A stretch of 64,000 bases of DNA, taken from the NCBI GenBank assembly GCA_964371045.1, contig CAYJMN010000004.1:59794-123793 (forward strand). The letters run 5' to 3'. The notes below the pieces were generated by a model, which saw nothing but the letters and a program-made list of their open reading frames with translations, made no database searches and was not told the DNA's origin. This document shows positions 55,202 through 64,000 of this stretch, piece after piece; position 1 is the first letter of the stretch; each line of letters starts with the position of its first letter. The stretch comes from an uncultured Chromatiales bacterium. GTDB taxonomy: Bacteria; Bacteroidota; Ignavibacteria; SZUA-365. Position numbers and translations under genes: made by a program.

Positions 55202-57157
55202 ATGAAACGCCTGCTGTTATTGTCCATGTTCCTGCTCGTGGCCGCCCGGCTCACAGCTCAGGAACTCAGCTACACAGATCGCCTTTACTATGTGAGCAAG
55301 GCATGGGGGCTCGTTAAATACAATCATTCACGGGCAGCAGCCTGCGAGGTGGACTGTGATGCAATGCTGCGATCGGCATTGGCTTCGGTAAAACAGGCAT
55401 CGACGGTCGCTGCATTCAACGACATTCTCTCCGCCATGCTGGACTCCGCCGGAGTGTTCACCGTAGCGACGGACACACCTCCGGTGATCTCACCCGAACT
55501 TCGGCGAAACAGGGATTACACATGGATCGATGATGAGGCACTGCGTTCCGACGTACGTGTTCGATTGGACAGCATCATCGCCAACGCACGAGCGCGTCCG
55601 AACTGCCATGTCGACATGATTCAGGGAACAAGTTCCTGGTTGACGCTTCCACATGATAATCCAATCCTGGGAATAAATGCACAAGCCAATTTTCCGGATG
55701 AATATGAACGGCTGTTCGCTATAATCAAATACTGGAATATTCTTGCATACTTTAATCCGAACAGCCATATACTCGACACGCCATGGGATGACACGTTCCG
55801 GCGCCACATCCTCTCCATCGCGGAAGCGAACAATTACGACACATTTTTTGCCGCATTCAAACGCATGACTGCGGGACTGAACGATGCGCATGTTGAAGGA
55901 TTGACAATCAGTTCAAAGTATAGCACCCGCATGTATGGGCCCAAGCTCGTGTTGCGGCACACTTCCGACGGGTATGTCGTCGTGAAGTCCGGTGTGTCTT
56001 CAATTGCGGTGGGTGATGTGCTGATCTCCGTTGACGGAATGTCGATGCAGCAGCGCGAGGACTCGCTGCGGGAGTATATTTCTGCCGGGAATGATGCCGT
56101 ATTCCGCCGCACGGTGTGCGGTCTGGTATTGCAAGGGGTATACTACGATCCTATTAATCTCACGCTCCGCGACAGCGTGGGCACCGAGTACAGCTATAGC
56201 GGCAGGCGAATGCAGGAGGTGAATTCCACTTGGCACACATCGTATTATCCGAGTGATTCTCTTTCCACGGTGCTATGGCGAAAATGGGCATGCAACGTTG
56301 GCTACGTGCACATGGGGAACCTTACTACGGATGATGTCCAGGAAATGTACGAGGCGCTGAAAACAACGGACGCGATAATCTTCGATGTCCGGAATTATCC
56401 GCGGGGAACCATCACTGAGATCGCGAAGCGCATGCATGCATCCAGAAACATTGCCGTTCGCTATACAATCCCCGATCCGACGTTCCCTGGGTCATTTTTT
56501 ACCGGTGAGACACATGCAGGGATGGATGGCAATCCCGATCCGTATTTGGGCAAGGTGATCGTCCTTTGCAATCAACAGACGCAGAGCCATGCGGAATGGA
56601 CATGCATGATACTGAAGGCGATGCCGCAGTGTACCATCATAGGCAGCCAGACTGCCGGTGCGGACGGAAACGTAACCCGGTTCACTCTGACGAGGGACAT
56701 ACAAACCGGTTTCACGTCCTTGGGAGTATTTTGGCCCAATGGCGACAGCACGCAGCGCATTGGTATCGTTCCGGATATCGAGCTACGACCCACGAGCGTC
56801 GGCATCCGGCGGGGGAGGGATGAGGTACTGGAAAAGGCGCTCGAGGTTGCCGGTTGCGTACTTGACGTACCGGATCCGACAGCACGTGTCCCAGAGGGAA
56901 TGACGCTCGAACAGAATTACCCCAATCCATCCAATCCATTTTCGACGATCGTTTACACGCTCGATCGGCCCGGAATTGTCCACATTCGCATCCTTGATAT
57001 GCTTGGAAGACCTGTACAAACGCTCCGCGTTGAGGTTCACTCCGCGGGGAAGCACCAACTTGAAATTGATACATCCACGCTCGTCCCCGGGAGCTATCGC
57101 TATGTACTCGAGGCCAACGGCGTATATTTGGGGAGAACGATGTTCGTTGTGCGATAG
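55202..57157 (+). CDS. S41-family (tail-specific/C-terminal processing) peptidase with a T9SS CTD, 651 aa
   Basis: ...VIVLCNQQTQSHAEWTCMILKAMPQCTIIGSQTAGADGNV... matches the S41 core (vVLvNxxSASASEixAgALq...xIGexTfGKG). The C-terminus is LEQNYPNPSNPFSTIVYTL...GSYRYVLEANGVYLGRTMFVVR. Confidence 0.85.
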   Translation: MKRLLLLSMFLLVAARLTAQELSYTDRLYYVSKAWGLVKYNHSRAAACEVDCDAMLRSALASVKQASTVAAFNDILSAMLDSAGVFTVATDTPPVISPELRRNRDYTWIDDEALRSDVRVRLDSIIANARARPNCHVDMIQGTSSWLTLPHDNPILGINAQANFPDEYERLFAIIKYWNILAYFNPNSHILDTPWDDTFRRHILSIAEANNYDTFFAAFKRMTAGLNDAHVEGLTISSKYSTRMYGPKLVLRHTSDGYVVVKSGVSSIAVGDVLISVDGMSMQQREDSLREYISAGNDAVFRRTVCGLVLQGVYYDPINLTLRDSVGTEYSYSGRRMQEVNSTWHTSYYPSDSLSTVLWRKWACNVGYVHMGNLTTDDVQEMYEALKTTDAIIFDVRNYPRGTITEIAKRMHASRNIAVRYTIPDPTFPGSFFTGETHAGMDGNPDPYLGKVIVLCNQQTQSHAEWTCMILKAMPQCTIIGSQTAGADGNVTRFTLTRDIQTGFTSLGVFWPNGDSTQRIGIVPDIELRPTSVGIRRGRDEVLEKALEVAGCVLDVPDPTARVPEGMTLEQNYPNPSNPFSTIVYTLDRPGIVHIRILDMLGRPVQTLRVEVHSAGKHQLEIDTSTLVPGSYRYVLEANGVYLGRTMFVVR

Positions 57158-57189
57158 GTTGCCCTACACAAGAATATACCAAAGAGCAT

Positions 57190-57735
57190 ATGAATTCCCG
57201 AGGTCCATTGATCAGAAAAGTTTTAGCCGCAGCTCTCATAGTGTTGCTTTCTTCCGGATGCACATCGACGCGTTTCATCAGTGTGGACGCCGAGTTCCAT
57301 GAAAGGAGCCGCCTGACCTACGTGGAGGCGCAAGAGCATCTCCATGGGGAATTTGTTCGCATTATACTCCGGGACAATCGGGAGGTCTTCGGCGTCGTCA
57401 GTGAATTACGACCGGACTCGGTGCATTTCCTCCACGAGGACGGTGTGGGGTCCCTCGCACTCCCCACACGCGACGTGCTACGACTAGAGAGCAGGAATCA
57501 TCTCAGCGGAGGAATCCTGGGATTTCTTGGCGGTCTCATGGTGGGCCCTCTGGTCGGATTCGCCGTTGGAGGGATCTCGATACCTCGTGGCGGAGATCGT
57601 GGTCTGGGCGTCCTTCTATTTGCCCTCGCAGGCGCGGGAGTTGGCATCTTGTCCGGCACCATATATGGGTCGATTCGTGGCATGGTCGAACGCTATGAAT
57701 TTCAGGCGTATTCAGTCGTTTCGTATGCGCCCTGA
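57190..57735 (+). CDS. Lipoprotein (lipobox LLSSGC), 181 aa, with a Gly-rich hydrophobic C-terminal half
   Basis: The signal plus LSSGC lipobox, followed by a C-terminal GxxxG-rich TM-like region (…GGILGFLGGLMVGPLVGFAVGG…). Confidence 0.65.
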   Translation: MNSRGPLIRKVLAAALIVLLSSGCTSTRFISVDAEFHERSRLTYVEAQEHLHGEFVRIILRDNREVFGVVSELRPDSVHFLHEDGVGSLALPTRDVLRLESRNHLSGGILGFLGGLMVGPLVGFAVGGISIPRGGDRGLGVLLFALAGAGVGILSGTIYGSIRGMVERYEFQAYSVVSYAP

Positions 57736-58387
57736 CCTCCGCAGCGCGTACGATGCGGCGCAGTCGCTACGGGGCTGGTTACTGATCGAGTTCGCAATGA
57801 ATGCAACATTCCAGCGATGCGTGCATGACATCAGGCAGTACTGACCTGAAAATCCTGCATAATCCGGACGCTGCCTCCTGAATCGACACCACGAACCAAG
57901 TTCAGCTTCTCAGATTAAACATCACTCGGTGGCGTATCGAATGATGACTTAGCGCTCGCTAACGTAGAAGATATTCAAAAAATTCTACCAGGCGCTGCGC
58001 TGCTTATGACATCAGGGAGGGACATGGTGTCATGTCACGATTGATCCGTTGCAATACCGCTGCTATGCTGTCTCTGTTTGCACGGTTCTTTCGACCAACT
58101 GTCGAAATTGGGTAAATGCAGCGTGAACGAACGTATCCGGATTCTGAGAACGCAGAGTGTATTGCGCCGTCCGCACTACGCCGGCCTCCGAAGGTGGGAC
58201 TCCAGTTGGATGAAGGAAACTCCGCGCCGGGATCCGGTTGGACAGGGACGGTATTCCGGATCCTCCGTGTTTCGATCGCTTGATAACGGCGATTGCTGAT
58301 GGTGCTACGTGCAGGAGGGAAGGCTGTCATCGAGTTGATTCGAACAAGCGCCAGCTCATGATTGTATCGGTAGCGCACCTGTGCGTG

Positions 58388-59836
58388 TCATGATCTGGAT
58401 GGAGGAGCTGGATGTATTTCAAGGGAGCCGTCTGATGAGCCTTCCTCTTCTGCCGTCGCGTTGTTTTCCCCACTGAGATCGGTGGATGAAGAGAGGTTGG
58501 CAAGCCGCACTTCTCGTTCAGCTGTCGCAAAATTTACGCGCAGCAGCAACACGAAGCCAGCCACGAAATACACCGCCAGGGAGAGTACTGCGATGCGGTA
58601 GCTCCCGGTAAACTGCAGAGCAAGGCCGAAGAACAGCGGACTGAGCCAACTCGTGCCGCGCTCGCTGATTTCGTAAATACCGAAGTACTCCGCTTCGCGT
58701 CCCGCGGGTATCATGCAGGAAAAAGCCGCGCGGCTCAACGCCTGGCTGCCCACCAGCACCAGCGCAGTGACGGCCGCCATCAGGTAGAAATCGGTTTTTG
58801 TCTGCAGGAGTCCCCAGGCATACAGCGTAATGAGGATGTAGATGGAGAGAGAGAGCAGGATGCTGCGTTTCGTCCCCAGACGTCGGGCCAAACGCTCGAA
58901 CAACCAGGCACCGAGCACACCCACGAACTGGACGATCAATATCACTTCCGCCAGATCCTGCATGCCGAGTCCGACCTCCTGCTGCCCGAACTGTGTGGAA
59001 ATTGATGTTACGGTTTGTATGCCATCACTATACAAGAGAAAGGCGACCAGGAACAACAGTGTGTGCGGGTATCGCCGGAGCGTCTGCGCGGTACTCTTCA
59101 ATTCCCTGAATCCCGCGGTGAGCAGCATTCCGCCATCCGATGGTCTGTGCTGCGACCTGCGCGATTTCAGTTGCATCAGCGCGCCGCCGCCGAACAGCAG
59201 CCACCACAAACCGCAGCTCGCAAGTGCGATACGCGTAGCATCCATTTCGTCGAAACCCAGACTCGTCGCATTGGCGAAAAACACATACTGAAATATGAGC
59301 AGAATTCCGCCGCCGAGATACCCGAGGCCCCATCCCGCGGATGAGACCCGGTTCCGGTGCTCGGAATCACAGACTTCCGGGAGGAAAGCGTTGTACAGTA
59401 CATCCGATGCGCCGAAACAGATATTTCCGAAAAGAAACAGCGCACCGGCAAACAGATACTGCTCCATACCGACACCCAGCATGGCTACGACGCTCCCACT
59501 CCCGCCGATCATGCTGAAAATGAGCAGTGATTTTTTCATGCGAGTATAATCCGCCAACGCACCGATGAGCGGCAGCAGACAAATCTGGAGGAAAACGGAG
59601 ATAGAAATCAGGTAAGGATAGAAGGCCCCCGGATGAACAGGTATCCCTAACGGATGCACCATACCCGAGCCATCGGCAGCTGCTTCCGCGATCGTTGTAA
59701 TAAATGGACCGAAAAAAACGGTGACTACCGATGTGGGAAAGACGGCGGCGCCGAAGTCGTACAAACACCACCCCGCGACTTCCCTCCCCAATCGGAAGAT
59801 GCTGCGCTTCTGTGTGCCTTCATCGGTGTCCATCAT
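58388..59836 (-). CDS. MFS transporter, 482 aa
   Basis: 12 predicted TM segments and the 6+6 organisation typical of MFS transporters, with a central loop. Family call by architecture. Confidence 0.8.
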   Translation of the reverse strand: MMDTDEGTQKRSIFRLGREVAGWCLYDFGAAVFPTSVVTVFFGPFITTIAEAAADGSGMVHPLGIPVHPGAFYPYLISISVFLQICLLPLIGALADYTRMKKSLLIFSMIGGSGSVVAMLGVGMEQYLFAGALFLFGNICFGASDVLYNAFLPEVCDSEHRNRVSSAGWGLGYLGGGILLIFQYVFFANATSLGFDEMDATRIALASCGLWWLLFGGGALMQLKSRRSQHRPSDGGMLLTAGFRELKSTAQTLRRYPHTLLFLVAFLLYSDGIQTVTSISTQFGQQEVGLGMQDLAEVILIVQFVGVLGAWLFERLARRLGTKRSILLSLSIYILITLYAWGLLQTKTDFYLMAAVTALVLVGSQALSRAAFSCMIPAGREAEYFGIYEISERGTSWLSPLFFGLALQFTGSYRIAVLSLAVYFVAGFVLLLRVNFATAEREVRLANLSSSTDLSGENNATAEEEGSSDGSLEIHPAPPSRS

Positions 59837-59989
59837 GCTCTTCCTCGGTTTCAGTGTTGTCGATCATTCTCGTACCCGATGCCATTGGCCTGTCTCCTTC
59901 ATCATCGGAACACAGGCCGCAGCCTACGCCGCGGATTGCGCTGCGGGGCTGCGGCCACCTGGCTTCCATCGTACATCCATCCCACCCGT

Positions 59990-62632
59990 TCAGAACCGCA
60001 CCTGGAGGCGTCCGGTGAGCAATCTTCCCACTTCCGCGCCGCCGATGAATTCAACGTGCCTGTGATCAAGCAGGTTTTTTACCGAAAGAATGAAATCCGG
60101 ACGCAGCGGAAGGGGAATCGGAACACGCACACCAACATCCAGCAGGCTGTACGAATTGATGCTTCCCTCGTACACACCGGATTTGACGCGGTGACCGTCA
60201 ACAAACCGATACCGTGCTGTACCCTGTATCCCGCTCGAAGGCTCCGTGTATTGTAGTGAAAGAGCGGCCTTGTGCTGCGGAACATTGAGCGAGAGCGGCC
60301 CCTTCCCATCGACATCGTCGAAATACACCGTGCTGATGAAGCTGTATGTGCCGCCGACCTGCAGATTGCGCAGCACTCCGGCCTTGAAATGCACGTCCGT
60401 TCCCCAGTAATCGATCTTTCCATAATTGATCGGAATCATCAGAATTTCGGTCCTGTCGGTCGCCTGTTCGGGCGTTACGGTACCGAGAGGAACCTGCGCC
60501 ATCCCTTGGGCGACCAGCGTCGCGAATTGCTGCGCGGCAGCATCGCCGACAATCGGCGCCGCCTGCGCGTAGAGGTACGCGGCTGTTTGCTCTCCATCGA
60601 GGAACACGTTTGGTGTGACGACGCGTGCCGGGGTGACGAAGTTTTCATACTCCGAATGATAGATGTCGACTCCCGCCTGAAGTTTTTCAGACAGCATACC
60701 CTTGTAGCCGACCTCCCAGGAGCGGAGCTTCGTGGGCTTCAACCGGGCGATGTCCTGAACCTGCGAGGCATCGATCAGATCGAACGCTTCCGTCTCGATG
60801 TTCAGCAGTGCCAAGGCGCCACCAACCTGCGACGCATCGGGCGCCGGGAGCATCTGGAGCAGCTGACGAACGTCATCCGGAATATCGGGCGAGAGCGATA
60901 CCGTCTGAACGACGGCATCCCAATAGGCCACTGCCTGTCCCACGCCCAGTCCAACCGACGGATCGGGATTGAATTTTGAATGGAAGATCAAATCTCCATC
61001 TTGCCGGCCGAATGTGTAGCCCGTCTCCGGTACGCCAACGTTTCGAAGTCCGTACATCAACGGATCGTAACCGGTATCGAACACATCGTCGGTTATTCTC
61101 ATGTCGAGGAAGAGATCGCTGATTGCCGGCGTGAGATATGCCTGATTGTAGGTGAGACGCAGGCTGTGATTCTGCGTCGGCGAATAACGCAGACCCGCCC
61201 TTGGTGAGAACACCGGATTCTCCAGCATACTGTGATAGTCAAGGCGGCCGGCGACGAGCAGGCTGAGCGCATCGCCGACAAGACGTGTGTCGGACTGCAG
61301 ATACGCGCCGAATTCATCCACGTTGTCCTTGTCCTCGTTCCGACCCATGATGGTGCCATCGGTTTCGGGCCGCGTCAGGAACATGTCCACGCCATAGGTG
61401 AGGCGCTCCCAGTCCATCGGACTACTGGAGTGCTGAACCTCGGCGACGATTTTCTTCGAATTGTCCACAATCTTCTGATCGCCGCGGAGCAGGTAGGTTT
61501 CGCCCGCGTCATTCATATTCAGGTACACCTGGGCGAACAAATCACCGCTCACAAAGCGGCTTTGCACATGCGAATAGCTGAAGTTTTTCGCCTGCACAGC
61601 CCCGTTGTCGGTGAGGTCGAGACCCTGCACCGCGGTGCTGCGTCCGGCGCTGACCGCGAGGCTGCTGTTGTCGCCCACCAGGTAATCGAAGCGGGTGTCG
61701 ATTGAATACCGTTCCGCGGTATGGTCCGCAGGGTATGGCTCCCGCGTGTCGGTAAACTGCCAATCCTCCGCACGCATGTACGTTGCCGATACTCTGTAGC
61801 CGAAGTTGCCGCCGAGCGTGCCCGCATGCCGCGCCGAAGTGGAGTAGAGAGAACGCTCTCCACCCATGACGGAGATATCCGTCCCTCTCGATGCGAAAGG
61901 CGATTTCGTGATAATGTTCATCACACCGTTCGTCACGTTGGGACCATACAGCGCCGAGCCGGGTCCGAGCACTACTTCTATGCGGTCGATATCGGCGTCG
62001 CTCGGGCTCTGCAGATAGGAGATGTTCGCACGGAGGGAGGGAAGATTCGTGATGCGGTTATCGATCAATGTACGCATCGAACCGTTGAACACATTGTTCA
62101 GTCCCCGCGCGATGTATTCCCGTTGCATGATGCCTTTCTGCGCCACATCCACCCCCTGTACGCCTTCGATATGATCCACGGGGGAAACAGCGTTCCGCGT
62201 CTCGATGTCTTTGGCCGAAATGACCGCCACGGATGCCGGCGCGTCAAGCATTTTTTCCTTGCGCCGTGAGGCGGTAACAACCACCTCTCCCATATTGAGG
62301 ATTTCCTCCTCCAGAACAATGGCGAGCGAGACCGGTTTCCCGGACCCTACGCGCACATACTGCGAATCGGTGCGGCTCCCGAGGAAGGAAGTCAACATCG
62401 TGTAGTTACCATCGGCGATACCGCCGATATTGAACGTGCCATCAGTGCCGCTGTATGCGCCGACGACGAAGCTGTTGTCGCCCGAATTCAACAGGCGAAT
62501 GTGCACTCCGGGAAGTGGAGAACCGGTTGCGCCATCGGTGACGCTACCTTTCACTATACCGTTCTGTGCGTGTAGCGGGGCGAGCAGGCCGGCGAGAAGA
62601 AGTGCGGTGAGAATGAGCGATCGTTGTTTCAT
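59990..62632 (-). CDS. TonB-dependent outer-membrane receptor with an N-terminal carboxypeptidase-regulatory-like domain (~880 aa from MKQRSLILTALLLAGLLAPLHAQ)
   Basis: Signal peptide, then NGIVKGSVTDGATGSPLPGVHIRLLNSGD (CarbopepD_reg). The plug has ...EEILNMGEVVVTASRRKEKMLDAPASVAVISAKDIE... and a TonB box-like motif. The barrel ends ...GRLQVRF (C-terminal Phe). The longer ORF to 62959 lacks a signal peptide. Confidence 0.9.
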   Translation of the reverse strand: MKQRSLILTALLLAGLLAPLHAQNGIVKGSVTDGATGSPLPGVHIRLLNSGDNSFVVGAYSGTDGTFNIGGIADGNYTMLTSFLGSRTDSQYVRVGSGKPVSLAIVLEEEILNMGEVVVTASRRKEKMLDAPASVAVISAKDIETRNAVSPVDHIEGVQGVDVAQKGIMQREYIARGLNNVFNGSMRTLIDNRITNLPSLRANISYLQSPSDADIDRIEVVLGPGSALYGPNVTNGVMNIITKSPFASRGTDISVMGGERSLYSTSARHAGTLGGNFGYRVSATYMRAEDWQFTDTREPYPADHTAERYSIDTRFDYLVGDNSSLAVSAGRSTAVQGLDLTDNGAVQAKNFSYSHVQSRFVSGDLFAQVYLNMNDAGETYLLRGDQKIVDNSKKIVAEVQHSSSPMDWERLTYGVDMFLTRPETDGTIMGRNEDKDNVDEFGAYLQSDTRLVGDALSLLVAGRLDYHSMLENPVFSPRAGLRYSPTQNHSLRLTYNQAYLTPAISDLFLDMRITDDVFDTGYDPLMYGLRNVGVPETGYTFGRQDGDLIFHSKFNPDPSVGLGVGQAVAYWDAVVQTVSLSPDIPDDVRQLLQMLPAPDASQVGGALALLNIETEAFDLIDASQVQDIARLKPTKLRSWEVGYKGMLSEKLQAGVDIYHSEYENFVTPARVVTPNVFLDGEQTAAYLYAQAAPIVGDAAAQQFATLVAQGMAQVPLGTVTPEQATDRTEILMIPINYGKIDYWGTDVHFKAGVLRNLQVGGTYSFISTVYFDDVDGKGPLSLNVPQHKAALSLQYTEPSSGIQGTARYRFVDGHRVKSGVYEGSINSYSLLDVGVRVPIPLPLRPDFILSVKNLLDHRHVEFIGGAEVGRLLTGRLQVRF

Positions 62633-62681
62633 TGTATCCTCCGTTGATGGTTTGGGAAATGAACTGAATGTTTCCGCATCG

Positions 62682-63770
62682 TTATAAATCTTTTCGGTAC
62701 ACCGCGAACGTTTTCCATGGCGCAAGCCCGAAGCGTGCGGCCATTCTCTCCGAAGCGGTATTTCCCTCGGTGATCCATGTGGAGTACATATCGTCATAAT
62801 GCCGCGCGATCTCCGCGATGCGGCGAGCGAGCAGCAGACTGACTGCGGAGTTCCGATGTTCCGGGTGAATGCCCATTGCGAATGTGACCAGCGTACGGGA
62901 TCGCGGCGCGTACCAACGGGCGTTGAGCATGCTGAGTGTGCGCCCGATGCGACCAGCACGATTGAACGCTGGATTGACGTCGGGAAAACATAGAAAGGCG
63001 CCTACCGGACGGGCACCGTCGTAGACCAGATTGAGACTCTCCGGTCTGAATGCCGGGAGCAGATACGCCGCGTAGTAGAAATACTCATCAAGCGAAACGG
63101 GTGCTCTTCCCCAACCGTCACCGAACGCCAATTCGAACGTTGTGGAGAGATCCTGGATGCCGCTCCGTAAATCCCTGAGACCAACCTGTCTGATGTGATA
63201 GCGCGAACTTCGATCGGGGAGATCGGCAACCAGGCCGTCCGCGGTCCGCCTCAGTGAGAGGTTGCGCCAGGTCCGTCCGCGCCGCTCGATTGTATATCCC
63301 GCGGATTCAAGCAACTGCGCATAATAGGGCGGTGAGCAGGCCTCGTAGAGGACGTTTTTCTCACCGAAACAATCAAGCTGAATACCTGTTACTCCGGACC
63401 GTGTCGGACTAAATGGGCCGTAAATCGCTGTAGCTCCATGTTGGAGACTGACCTCCCCGGCATGTCCCAGTAGCGCCTTCGCAACAGATTGGTCGTCGAT
63501 GCATTCAAAAAAACCGAATACCGCGGTTCGATCGTTTCCGTTGCCCGGAAGCAGAAGCGAACAGCGACCCACGGGATCTCCATTCTCAAGAGCCAGCAGC
63601 GGCAGCAGCGTGCGCTCACGGAAAGCTGGATTTTTTCGAGCATCCAGCAGTCTCCGCACCTCGAACTCCGGTAATGGAGACGCAGCGGAAGGAACATCGT
63701 ACACCTTCCCCTGTACTGCGAGGAATTGCTTCCATTCCTTCGGGCTGTGTACCGTAATCATCCTCAACAT
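62682..63770 (-). CDS. GNAT-like acyltransferase-fold protein (362 aa), tentative
   Basis: The C-terminal ...WITEGNTASERMAARFGLAPWKTFAVYRKDL resembles the GNAT motif A/B region. The ORF is long and reads cleanly. Confidence 0.55.
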   Translation of the reverse strand: MLRMITVHSPKEWKQFLAVQGKVYDVPSAASPLPEFEVRRLLDARKNPAFRERTLLPLLALENGDPVGRCSLLLPGNGNDRTAVFGFFECIDDQSVAKALLGHAGEVSLQHGATAIYGPFSPTRSGVTGIQLDCFGEKNVLYEACSPPYYAQLLESAGYTIERRGRTWRNLSLRRTADGLVADLPDRSSRYHIRQVGLRDLRSGIQDLSTTFELAFGDGWGRAPVSLDEYFYYAAYLLPAFRPESLNLVYDGARPVGAFLCFPDVNPAFNRAGRIGRTLSMLNARWYAPRSRTLVTFAMGIHPEHRNSAVSLLLARRIAEIARHYDDMYSTWITEGNTASERMAARFGLAPWKTFAVYRKDL

Positions 63771-64000
63771 GGTATTCTCACTCCATCGAATGGTATCGTT
63801 GCCGTGCGCTGTGCACTCATGTACGAAGCAACGTACCCTTGCAGGGAATCGGTCCTGTCATGGAGTTATCGCGGAATTGTAAAAGAATTGTCTGTGGTTC
63901 TTTCCGAATCCATTTCGGTCGATCTTCGCTGACCCGAGATGTGCTTTCTATTAACCCGGTGCGTGTGTCGATATTTCCCGTCTGAGTTTCCGCTCGTGTA

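Overview
High-GC (~60%) segment from a T9SS-bearing bacterium of the FCB superphylum. At least 11 proteins end in an NYPNPF-type type-IX-secretion C-terminal sorting domain. Several genes are preceded by readable sigma70-like -35/-10 boxes and Shine-Dalgarno sites, which points to a non-Bacteroidia FCB lineage such as Ignavibacteriota, Kapabacteria, Rhodothermota or Gemmatimonadota; I cannot narrow it further from sequence alone. Gene order along the window: (1) a decayed mobile/defence islet at 1-3500, consisting of an integrase C-terminal fragment, an intact IS701-family IS with terminal inverted repeats, a small C-terminal gene remnant, and an AT-rich overlapping two-gene cassette of unknown function. 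(2) A T9SS-secreted hydrolase-like protein. (3) Three non-coding repeat deserts of about 1-1.7 kb each, built from several dispersed hairpin/MITE-like repeat families and short tandem repeats. (4) A vWA-like + FGE-sulfatase-fold protein. (5) A HicB-like orphan. (6) An RND adaptor plus permease pair. (7) A VapBC (RHH antitoxin and PIN toxin) module. (8) The most striking feature, at 19.8-37.1 kb: five tandem, co-directional paralogues of about 1000-1150 aa. Each has a signal peptide, an N-terminal von Willebrand A domain with an intact DxSxS MIDAS, Cys-rich beta-sandwich and SprB/Ig-like repeats, and a T9SS C-terminal domain. The paralogues are mosaics, with 100%-identical tracts of 0.14 to about 0.9 kb shared between different paralogue pairs. 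One carries a near-perfect 222-bp in-frame tandem duplication, and three of the five share a duplicated promoter module with variable-number 9-mer and 18-mer repeats. (9) Further T9SS cargo: a 1083-aa protein, a beta-helix protein, a 1681-aa M6-type metalloprotease, an S41 peptidase and a 361-aa protein. Also a multi-pass membrane protein, an OMP, an L,D-transpeptidase, two paralogous small membrane peptides, a histidine-kinase C-terminal remnant, an MFS transporter, a TonB-dependent receptor and a GNAT-like protein. I did not recognise any rRNA, tRNA or CRISPR array.
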